64,000 nt of DNA, taken from Candidatus Kryptoniota bacterium (GTDB lineage Bacteria; Bacteroidota; Ignavibacteria; Kryptoniales; JAKASW01). Both the position numbers and the translations under genes were made by a program. The stretch is from assembly GCA_046706365.1 (NCBI GenBank), contig JBJKPN010000183.1, positions 1,818-65,817 of the forward strand. Reading direction: 5' to 3'. Position 1 is the stretch's first letter, and each line of letters opens with the position of its first letter. A model generated the notes under the pieces. The model was not told where the DNA came from. It searched no databases and worked only from the letters and a program-made list of their open reading frames with translations. Shown here piece by piece: positions 35,348-43,213 of the stretch.

Positions 35348-36292
35348 TCACGCCGGCTCAACTCTCTTGAGCCAGACTTCTCTCCAGTAATTAAATTCGT
35401 TTCTCGGGCAACCGCCGAACGTATGATCGTAAGTACATGTATTCTCCTCAAGAAGGACTGTACCTTTTACTTCGACCATCTCACCGCTGTGCTCGTGAAT
35501 CATTCTCTCTATCCGGCGTCTTACCCTGAAGCGCATTCCACAATACCGCTTCATATCCGGAACAAATGCAAGTCCTCTATTCTTTCCCTGAGCGTCCAGC
35601 GTATCTTCTATTTCGATGAAGGATCTCACTTCGACGAGTTCGCCCGGCCGTAGGTTCAGAATTTCGTGTGAAAAATTCCTGGCGCCTGCCGGGGGGCGTT
35701 TCAGCTTGCCAATGATCTTCTGAGCAACCGGGCGCGTAGTTGCCATCACCGCATCGGCTCCAGTACAGGCACCTGAACGAAAGTCCTCGCACAGTTTTAT
35801 GAACTTTTGTGTCCTGGAAATGTCGCCCGTCGCTTTGCCGAGCTGGGTCGACTGGCAAAAATAAGTCCGCTCGTCTCCTCTCGTCTTCAATCGCTTTCTT
35901 AATTCCTCCGCGCCGGCGCTACATGAAGCGCTGCTTGCCGACCGGCTGTCCACTTTCCTTAGCCAGGCCGCTTTCCAGAATATCCTGCAGCTTCTGTCGC
36001 ATCCATCGTGGTCGAAGCCCGTGCAACGGGGGCCATCCAGGAAAAACACATCGTCGTTTCTGAATTCCGCCATCCGAAGAGTCAGCTCGGCGTTCATGAA
36101 GGCAACACATGTCCTGCTCGCCATTCCGGTTACTCGGAACGTCTTGCCGCAATATTCGAGCATTTCCGGCATGAACGGCAGATCATCCAGCGATCCGTCG
36201 GCGTCCAATGTCCCGATTATCTCCGGCGGCTTCCGAACTTCTACAGTGTCGCCGGCCTTGATTGAAGTTGAATCTGAATTAATATCGCCCAC
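35348..36292 (-). CDS. internally duplicated Cys/His-motif protein of unknown family
   Basis: GTG start with AAGAGG upstream. Two ~100-aa repeats share G(D/E)xVEVR..EI..TLDAxG....L.F.P.M..YCG..FRV ... CTx(1-2)DHx(2-3)GC ... W...WL(R/K)(K/R)V(D/E). Confidence 0.6.
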   Translation of the reverse strand: MGDINSDSTSIKAGDTVEVRKPPEIIGTLDADGSLDDLPFMPEMLEYCGKTFRVTGMASRTCVAFMNAELTLRMAEFRNDDVFFLDGPRCTGFDHDGCDRSCRIFWKAAWLRKVDSRSASSASCSAGAEELRKRLKTRGDERTYFCQSTQLGKATGDISRTQKFIKLCEDFRSGACTGADAVMATTRPVAQKIIGKLKRPPAGARNFSHEILNLRPGELVEVRSFIEIEDTLDAQGKNRGLAFVPDMKRYCGMRFRVRRRIERMIHEHSGEMVEVKGTVLLEENTCTYDHTFGGCPRNEFNYWREVWLKRVEPA

Positions 36293-36435
36293 GATGGCAA
36301 AGCCTCTTGTTTAAAACATGATCGTCGCCTTCTGGTAATCAGAGTCAGGTCATGTGAATGTCGGAGCCGGATCACAGGATGCGTCCCGGATCTCCGGCGG
36401 AAGGACAGTTGAAAACGGCATAGCACAAAATCTCG

Positions 36436-37626
36436 CTACGCGACAAGGCTCTTTACAATTGCCTTGCCATGCTCTCTTCCATTCTCTATGAATACTTTGT
36501 CGCAGTCGTAGCCCGCGGTTATCGCCCCAGCGACGTATATCCCGGGAACGTTCGTCTCGAACGTTTCAGGATTGTGGTTGGGAATGCCCGTCTTGTCGTT
36601 CACTTCAATTCCCATTCCTCTCAAAAAACTCACGTCAGGGTGATAACCAATCATGGCGTAGACGAAGTCGCTTGCGAGAGTCTGCCTGGTCCCCTCCCGG
36701 TCGATGTCAACGCTGTCCTCTCGTATTTCAACGACGCGCGCATTGAACAGTGCAGCGATCTTCCCGTGGTTTATCAATGCATCAATTTGCGGGCGCACCC
36801 AGGGCTTGACGTCCTTGCTGAAGGTCCCGCCCCTGTGCACGAGGGTCACCTCGGCACCGTTCGCATGCAGGTCCATCGCAGCGTCAACAGCACTGTTGTT
36901 TCCACCTATGACGACCACCGGCTTTCCGGAATGGATATCACCCGCATCGTAGTAATGAGAAACGTTCGGCAGCGTTTCTCCGGCGACACCGAGCATGTTG
37001 GGATTGTCGAAAAAGCCTGTTGCAATGACCACCCTGTCGGCCGGGACAAGAATCACGTCGGATGCAAGCCGGTTCCTGACCTCGACCTCGAAGCAATGCT
37101 CCGCGTTCGATGCGCGCTTGACCGAGACCACTTCGTAATCTCTCTTAAATTCAATCTTGTACATCTCAGCTACTTTTCGGTAGTACTCGACCGTTTCAAG
37201 GCGAGTGGGGTGTGGGGAAGGGAGGCCTTCCACCATAGAACGCATTAGTCCCGCTGTCTTCCTGAGGAGAGATTTGCTGCTTGCGGTGGTTAGCGGCTGC
37301 CCGGTGGAGGTAGTCGGATTGGCGGCATTTCTCCATGCGGAGCTGTTAGTCAGAGCCCTGAATCCCTTTTTGAAGCGGTAGATTCCCTTCTGCACGACGG
37401 CGTGTGCGAACGAACGGTCTTCTGAAGAACCCAGATCGAACGTTACGTCGCCGATCTCCAGCTGTTCGAGCGTGGAGAAGAATATCATATCACGTGGGAA
37501 GTTCTGAATTGCGTTTACAAAGCCGCCTTTTTCAAGGACGATTGCAGACATACCGTTTTTCTTAGCCTGCAATGCCACAGAAAGTCCTGCTGGTCCACCT
37601 CCGACTATCGCGAAGTCGTATTTCAT
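36436..37626 (-). CDS. YpdA-family FAD/NAD(P)-dependent disulfide reductase paralog carrying a ~70-aa insertion
   Basis: 'IVGGGPAGLS', 'VVIGGNNSAVDAA' and C-terminal 'AGYDCDKVFIENGREHGKAIVKSLV'. Collinear with 38292..39275 except for aa ~64-137. Confidence 0.8.
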   Translation of the reverse strand: MKYDFAIVGGGPAGLSVALQAKKNGMSAIVLEKGGFVNAIQNFPRDMIFFSTLEQLEIGDVTFDLGSSEDRSFAHAVVQKGIYRFKKGFRALTNSSAWRNAANPTTSTGQPLTTASSKSLLRKTAGLMRSMVEGLPSPHPTRLETVEYYRKVAEMYKIEFKRDYEVVSVKRASNAEHCFEVEVRNRLASDVILVPADRVVIATGFFDNPNMLGVAGETLPNVSHYYDAGDIHSGKPVVVIGGNNSAVDAAMDLHANGAEVTLVHRGGTFSKDVKPWVRPQIDALINHGKIAALFNARVVEIREDSVDIDREGTRQTLASDFVYAMIGYHPDVSFLRGMGIEVNDKTGIPNHNPETFETNVPGIYVAGAITAGYDCDKVFIENGREHGKAIVKSLVA

Positions 37627-37803
37627 GGTAATTCTCGGATTATTGAAGCACTTATTCCTGAAATTTCTGCCAATAATCTAATAAAAACAGAGTTGAAATA
37701 AATGGCATTTGTGGGATGGCTAGCCCGAGCGGCGATGGGGAAAATGAGTTTAGAATTGAAAGTTCGGCCCGGCTAATTTATATTTCATAGCTTAATCGAA
37801 TTC

Positions 37804-37876
37804 GCTGGCGTAGCTCAGCTGGTAGAGCAGCGGTTTCGTAAACCGCAGGTCGTCGGTTCAAATCCGTCCGCCAGCT
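37804..37876 (+). tRNA. tRNA-Thr (anticodon CGU)
   Basis: Cloverleaf read by hand. Acceptor GCTGGCG/CGCCAGC, D-arm GCTC/GAGC, anticodon arm GCGGT-TTCGTAA-ACCGC, 5-nt variable loop, T-arm GTCGG-TTCAAAT-CCGTC (one T.T mismatch), discriminator T. CCA is not encoded. Confidence 0.9.
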
Positions 37877-37891
37877 CTGAAGTTGTAAACA

Positions 37892-37920
37892 AATGCCTCT
37901 TCACGGGGGCATTTTCATTT
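37892..37920 (+). terminator. rho-independent terminator after tRNA-Thr
   Basis: Stem aatgcctct/gggggcatt (includes G.U pairs) with loop tcac, followed by a T-rich tract 'ttcatttt'. Confidence 0.6.
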
Positions 37921-38291
37921 TGGTTTGAGGTGAGCCAATCAGGGTCGTCGGCTCTCGCACATGTGCCGGACCGGCACACGAGGGAATTCCCAAAGGGACG
38001 GGTCTTCGAGAAAATCCGTCCGGCGGCTCTGAGGAATCTAAGTCGATGCCTCTGACGGCAGACATACTCTTTCCAGGCGTCGTGGTAAATTTGCCCAATC
38101 GCCGAAGTGCATTGCATTCGTCTGCATGAAAATGTATTTGCTTTTCCAATCGGGAGTGACACGTCAAATCCTCATTCGATTACCTGAGTGAGATTCCGGG
38201 CCGCAAGCTTGAATTTTCAATGCGGATATTTTGTTCTGATGAACGAGACAAATCCAATTTCAGGTAATTATCATTTAATTTGAGCATAGAA

Positions 38292-39275
38292 ATGAACTAC
38301 GATATGATTGTCATAGGCGGTGGTCCGGCAGGGCTATCGGCCGCAATTGAAGCAAAAAAGAAGAATCTGAACACGCTACTTCTCGACAAAGGCGCGATTG
38401 TGAACTCCATCCAGAATTTTCCCCCCAGCATGGTCTTTTTCTCAACCTCGGAGTTGCTGGAAATCGGGGGAATTCCTTTCATTGCATCGGCATCGCATCC
38501 TACGCGTGCAGAAGCCGTCAACTATTACGCAAGAGTCGCCCGTTCTTACGGAATAGATTTCAGGGGGAATTCCCGCGTCCTCGCGGTACGAAAGACATCA
38601 GTCGGCGCCACGGGGTTTAAGGTAGAAACGAAGGATGAACGGACATCGCAGTTGACTTTCCTCACTGCGGACAGGATCGTCGTTGCGACCGGCTTCTTTG
38701 ACAACCCGAACCTGCTCGGCATTCCCGGTGAAAATCTTCCCAATGTATCTCACACATACATGGAGCCGGGAAGACACTTCGGCCAGAAGGTCGTGATTAT
38801 CGGGGGGAAAAACAGCGCCGTCGAGGCGGCGCTCGATCTCTACAGGCACGGCGTCGACGTCACCATCATCTACCGCAGGGAAGCGTTCGGAAAAAGCGTG
38901 AAGTACTGGATACTCCCCGATATCGAGAACCGCGTAAAGAACCGCGAAATTGCCGCGCGTTTCAATTCCACGGTACTTGAAATAAAGGACGACCGGATTG
39001 TAGTCGATGTAGACGGTGAAAAAGAGGAAATCGAATGCGACTTCGTGTATGCTTTGACCGGATACCATCCCGATGTTAATTTTCTTACGAATATTGGAAT
39101 TGAAATTGATTCCGAAACAGGGATCCCGAAGCATGATCCGCAAACTTTCGAGACAAACTTAAAAGGGATATTTGTGGCAGGTTCGATCGTAGCCGGTTAC
39201 GACTGCAACAAGATCTTCATCGAAAACGGCAGGGAACACGGGAAACACATTGCAAACAGCCTCGTAAAATCATGA
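38292..39275 (+). CDS. ypdA: YpdA-family FAD/NAD(P)-dependent disulfide reductase (putative bacillithiol-type disulfide reductase)
   Basis: 'VIGGGPAGLS', 'VIIGGKNSAVEAA' and C-terminal 'AGYDCNKIFIENGREHGKHIANSLV'. ATG 38292 is preferred over TTG 38280 by alignment with the paralog. Confidence 0.8.
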   Translation: MNYDMIVIGGGPAGLSAAIEAKKKNLNTLLLDKGAIVNSIQNFPPSMVFFSTSELLEIGGIPFIASASHPTRAEAVNYYARVARSYGIDFRGNSRVLAVRKTSVGATGFKVETKDERTSQLTFLTADRIVVATGFFDNPNLLGIPGENLPNVSHTYMEPGRHFGQKVVIIGGKNSAVEAALDLYRHGVDVTIIYRREAFGKSVKYWILPDIENRVKNREIAARFNSTVLEIKDDRIVVDVDGEKEEIECDFVYALTGYHPDVNFLTNIGIEIDSETGIPKHDPQTFETNLKGIFVAGSIVAGYDCNKIFIENGREHGKHIANSLVKS

Positions 39276-40219
39276 CATTATATATCACGGAAAAGCAGGT
39301 AGGTGAGCTCGTCGATATTCGGGATGCGATTGCGGCAGTTGAAAACTCCGGCAGGCTGCTGGCCGGTGGAGAAGCGACTTTCGTTCCCAGAACACGGCTT
39401 CGAATGAAGAACGGCTTCCTTCACCTGATGCCTGCATCACTGGAAAAGGACGGGTGCTTCGGATACAAGGCCTACACCAGTTTCAAAGGAGTGGCGCGCT
39501 TTTTCGTTTTTCTTTTCGACAACGGCAACGGCGAGCTTCGCGCGGTAATCGAGGGTGACAAACTCGGACAGCTGAGGACCGGCGCGGCAAGCGGTGTCGC
39601 TACCAGAGTGCTGGCCAGAAAGAACGCCGGGACTCTCGGAATCATCGGCTCGGGATACCAGGCGGCGACTCAGCTGACGGCCGCAGCTGCCGTGCGGGAA
39701 TTCGAGTCAGTGAGGGTTTTTAGCAGAAATTTCGAGCATGCCGAGAAGTTCTGCGAGCGTCTCCAGGCCGGACTGAAACCGAAACTGGAGCCTGTCAAGA
39801 AAGTCGAGGATGCGGCGTCGGCAGACGTGGTGACAACTGCGACAAGCGCCGTCTCACCGGTCCTAATCGGAGAAATGTTGAAGAACGGCTGTCACATAAA
39901 TGCGGTCGGCGGCAACATGCTGGTGAAGCGTGAGCTGGACGAACGTGCCGTCGAGCGGAGCAACCTGATTGTAATCGACAGCCGCGAGCAGGGGCAGCTC
40001 GAATGCGGCGACTTCCTTCCGCTCATTGACAAGGGAAAACTGCACTGGAGCGACGTATACGAATTCGGCGACCTTTTCAACGGCCGCGCTGCCAGAAGAA
40101 ACGACGCGGAGATTACTCTGTTCAAATCGCAGGGTATCGCCCCGTGGGATGTCGCGCTCGCCGAGGTAGTATATAAACGCGCCGTCGAGAGAAAGATCGG
40201 CACCCTGCTTCCTATATGA
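39272..40219 (+). CDS. ornithine cyclodeaminase/mu-crystallin family protein
   Basis: Family-typical N-terminus and Rossmann motif 'LGIIGSGYQA'. ATGA overlap with the gene on each side. Confidence 0.8.
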   Translation: MTLYITEKQVGELVDIRDAIAAVENSGRLLAGGEATFVPRTRLRMKNGFLHLMPASLEKDGCFGYKAYTSFKGVARFFVFLFDNGNGELRAVIEGDKLGQLRTGAASGVATRVLARKNAGTLGIIGSGYQAATQLTAAAAVREFESVRVFSRNFEHAEKFCERLQAGLKPKLEPVKKVEDAASADVVTTATSAVSPVLIGEMLKNGCHINAVGGNMLVKRELDERAVERSNLIVIDSREQGQLECGDFLPLIDKGKLHWSDVYEFGDLFNGRAARRNDAEITLFKSQGIAPWDVALAEVVYKRAVERKIGTLLPI

Positions 40220-41373
40220 CGTCTCCCTCCGAATCGGAATCGGACAGGAATACCTCTCCGAATGGAAAACTGAACCTGCTCGGTAAGACGGAGCAGGAGC
40301 TGGAGAAGTTCTTCGGCGAAATAGGCGAAGCGCCGTACAGGGGAAGACAGCTATTCAATTGGATATATCAGAAACGCATCGAGGACTTCAGCCCGGTTAC
40401 CGGGTTCACGAAGTCGCTGAGATCGAAGCTCGAAGAGATAGCGGAAATAAAATATCCGGAGGTCGCAGGCTCGGAAGAGTCGCATGTCGACGGGACGTCG
40501 AAATTCCTTTTGCAGCTGGCGGACGGGAATAAGATAGAAACCGTCCTTATCCCGAGCGAAAAGTCCCCTGACGAAGGAGGCTCCCTAAGGGAAACGGTCT
40601 GCGTCTCCACGCAGGTCGGCTGCGCGCTCGACTGTAAGTTCTGCGCTACGGGGGCGATGAACTTTTCCCGCAACCTGACGGCCGGGGAGATCGTCTCGCA
40701 GGTCCTCATAGCACAGCGTTACGCGAAGAAACGGATCACCAACGTGGTATTCATGGGTATGGGCGAACCCCTTTTGAATTACACTGCCGTAATCAACGCG
40801 ATAGAAATATTGACAAATGACAGGTCGGTCAACATACGTGCGAAGGGGATCACGGTCTCCACTGCAGGCATTGTCGACAAGATACCTCTGCTGGCGAACG
40901 AACAGATAAAGTTCAGGATGGCGATATCCCTTCACAGTCTCGACGAGGAAGTGAGGACCCTCCTTATGCCGATAAACAGGAAATACAAATTGCAGCAGCT
41001 CCTGCCTGCCGTGAGGGACTTTGCCAGGCGGAGACGGGACAGGGTTACGTTCGAGTATATCCTGTTCGGTGGGCTCAACGACTCCGACGAGGATATTTCC
41101 AGGCTCGTTAAGCTCTCCGGTGAGATTCCGCTCAAAATAAACCTTCTCCGGTACCACCCGCTCGGACATTTGTCCAGACTTGGCTTGCAGATTGATCCCG
41201 TTGCAATTAAACTAAAACCGAGCGACCGCATCGAGGAATTCGCCGACAAGCTTCGCGACAAGGGAATCACGGTTTTCGTGCGTTCGAATTCAGGCGAGGA
41301 CATCGACGGTGCGTGCGGTCAACTCGCAGCAAAGAACATTCGCAGGCACAAAAACTCAAGGATAAGCTTATGA
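40216..41373 (+). CDS. rlmN: 23S rRNA (adenine2503-C2)/tRNA methyltransferase, radical SAM
   Basis: 'YRGRQLFNWIY' N-terminus, radical-SAM 'CALDCKFCATG', C-terminal 'DIDGACGQL'. Confidence 0.9.
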   Translation: MTSPSESESDRNTSPNGKLNLLGKTEQELEKFFGEIGEAPYRGRQLFNWIYQKRIEDFSPVTGFTKSLRSKLEEIAEIKYPEVAGSEESHVDGTSKFLLQLADGNKIETVLIPSEKSPDEGGSLRETVCVSTQVGCALDCKFCATGAMNFSRNLTAGEIVSQVLIAQRYAKKRITNVVFMGMGEPLLNYTAVINAIEILTNDRSVNIRAKGITVSTAGIVDKIPLLANEQIKFRMAISLHSLDEEVRTLLMPINRKYKLQQLLPAVRDFARRRRDRVTFEYILFGGLNDSDEDISRLVKLSGEIPLKINLLRYHPLGHLSRLGLQIDPVAIKLKPSDRIEEFADKLRDKGITVFVRSNSGEDIDGACGQLAAKNIRRHKNSRISL

Positions 41374-42008
41374 TTCTGATTCTCTTCGGTCCCCCGGGCG
41401 TCGGAAAAGGGACCCAGGCAAAAATCCTGTCGAACGAGAAGAAAGTGGCTCACATTGCCACCGGAGACATACTCAGGGAAGCCGTTTCGCGCGCAACGGA
41501 GATGGGAAAGAAGGCGAAGGCATACATGGATCGCGGTGAACTTGTTCCGGACGATGTTGTAATTGGGATTATTCAGGACCGGCTAAAGGAGGATGACGCA
41601 AAGGACGGCTTCATACTCGACGGTTTCCCCAGGACCCTTCCGCAGGCGGAAGCCCTGGACAAAGTGTTTCAGAAGGCGGGGATCAAGGTCGACCATGTAA
41701 TCAGCATGGAAGTCGACGAAAAGTTGCTGGTTAAGCGACTAACTTCTCGCCGTGTCTGCAGGAACTGCGGTTCGATTTTCAATCTCCTCGTGGACGACCT
41801 GAAGGACTCGGTCTGTCCGAAATGCAAAGGCGAGCTGTATCAGAGAGACGACGACAAGGAAGAGACTATCGCGAGGCGCTTCGAAGTATACCAGAAGCAG
41901 ACGAAACCGGTCAAAGACTTTTACAGGAACAAGAATATGCTTGTTGAAATTGACGGCATGGGTGATATTGAACAGATAACGAGTCGTTTGAAGAATGTAT
42001 TGAAATGA
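41370..42008 (+). CDS. adk: adenylate kinase (Cys4 zinc-lid type)
   Basis: P-loop 'GPPGVGKGTQ'. Lid 'CRNCGSIFN...CPKCKGELYQRDDD'. ATGA overlap with the rlmN stop. Confidence 0.95.
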   Translation: MILILFGPPGVGKGTQAKILSNEKKVAHIATGDILREAVSRATEMGKKAKAYMDRGELVPDDVVIGIIQDRLKEDDAKDGFILDGFPRTLPQAEALDKVFQKAGIKVDHVISMEVDEKLLVKRLTSRRVCRNCGSIFNLLVDDLKDSVCPKCKGELYQRDDDKEETIARRFEVYQKQTKPVKDFYRNKNMLVEIDGMGDIEQITSRLKNVLK

Positions 42009-42089
42009 TTTTCCATTCAGGGCTGCAACACAACGCTTTTTCCAACTGTTTGGGAACAGGTGAAATTCACTAAAATTCTGGGAGGACAA

Positions 42090-43124
42090 ATGCGCAGGTC
42101 GATTTCCGCAGCGGCGATCGTTCTAATGCTAACGGGTTTCGCGAACGCACAGCACTTGGCCGGCACGCTGAGCAAGGTCGGGAGTCAGTATGCAGAGGCA
42201 TACATAACGCCGGCCGTCGATGCGTTCGGCGCCGATGTAAATTCAGGTCTCTTCAACACCGCGAAAGTCGGAGGAATACTTCCGTTCGGTCTGAATCTTT
42301 ATGTGGGAGTGAAGGCCGCGGCTGCATTCATACCGAGTTCCGAGCAGTCCTTCAATCTGTCTTACCTGGATACCGTCGCCTTCAACGAATCTTTGAACGG
42401 ACAGGCGTTCACCATAAATGTGCCTGCGACGTTCACCGTGCAAAACGCGCCGACAATCTTCGGAGAAAAGACGGACGGACAGGCGACCTTCAACGTACGG
42501 AAGGATACAACAATCACTCGAAACGGTTTTTCGCAAACCTTCAACCTTGACTCGAGTGCGACGGTGGGCACGATACCCGGTCTCTTGAAGACGACCATAG
42601 CTCCGATTCCGATTCCGCAGATCGGCGTCGGGAGCATAATGGGCACGGACATATTTGTTCGCTTCCTGCCGAAAATCAAACTGGGCAACTACGGGTCGTT
42701 CCAGCTCCTCGGCTACGGACTCCGTCACAGCATCAGCCAGTACATCCCTCTCTGTCCGGTCGACATTGCCGTGCAGGTGGGCTGGCAGAATCTCTCGATT
42801 CAGGATTCGACAGGGAGTAAAGTCCTGAAGGCATCCGCATTTGCAGCCAACCTGGAAGTCAGCAAGACCCTGGGAGTTCTGACGATTTACGGAGGCCTCC
42901 AGACGGAGAGCTCTTCGGTTGATGTTAACTACAACTATCTGCCGAAGCCGACTCCGATAGATCCGAATCCCCAGTCGATTCCGATTTCCTTCAGCCTGAA
43001 GGGGAAGAACACATTCCGCGAACTCATAGGGCTTAATCTCGGACTCGGAGTGATTTCGATTAACGCCGACTATAATATCGGGCAGATAAACGTCGCGTCT
43101 GCCGGTATCGGGATCACGATTTAG
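42090..43124 (+). CDS. putative outer-membrane beta-barrel protein
   Basis: GGAGG RBS. Signal peptide 'MRRSISAAAIVLMLTGFANAQ'. Alternating-polarity beta-strand pattern and an aromatic/aliphatic C-terminus. Confidence 0.5.
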   Translation: MRRSISAAAIVLMLTGFANAQHLAGTLSKVGSQYAEAYITPAVDAFGADVNSGLFNTAKVGGILPFGLNLYVGVKAAAAFIPSSEQSFNLSYLDTVAFNESLNGQAFTINVPATFTVQNAPTIFGEKTDGQATFNVRKDTTITRNGFSQTFNLDSSATVGTIPGLLKTTIAPIPIPQIGVGSIMGTDIFVRFLPKIKLGNYGSFQLLGYGLRHSISQYIPLCPVDIAVQVGWQNLSIQDSTGSKVLKASAFAANLEVSKTLGVLTIYGGLQTESSSVDVNYNYLPKPTPIDPNPQSIPISFSLKGKNTFRELIGLNLGLGVISINADYNIGQINVASAGIGITI

Positions 43125-43213
43125 GATCGGCGTCAGTGACGCGGTTGAGGCTGAAAGGCGTTTGAAAGCAGGCAGAGTATTTGTTTCGTAAGTTCTACAA
43201 AAGGAGTAAACCA

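Noticed and set aside
38216-38228. 13-mer 'ttcaatgcggata' shared with 63535-63547; the related 'aaaatgtcggatt' is shared between 12996-13008 and 63547-63559. All sit in promoter-proximal spacers.
   Set aside because: In a 64-kb window, tens of exact 13-mer coincidences are expected by chance (order-of-magnitude estimate, not counted). There is no consistent spacing to start codons and no extended similarity around them. It would only be worth revisiting with a genome-wide motif search.
37804-38279. tRNA-Thr as an integration hotspot or genomic-island boundary
   Set aside because: There is no integrase, excisionase or phage/IS gene on either side. I found no direct repeat of the tRNA 3' end nearby. 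The flanking genes are paralogous housekeeping-type reductases.
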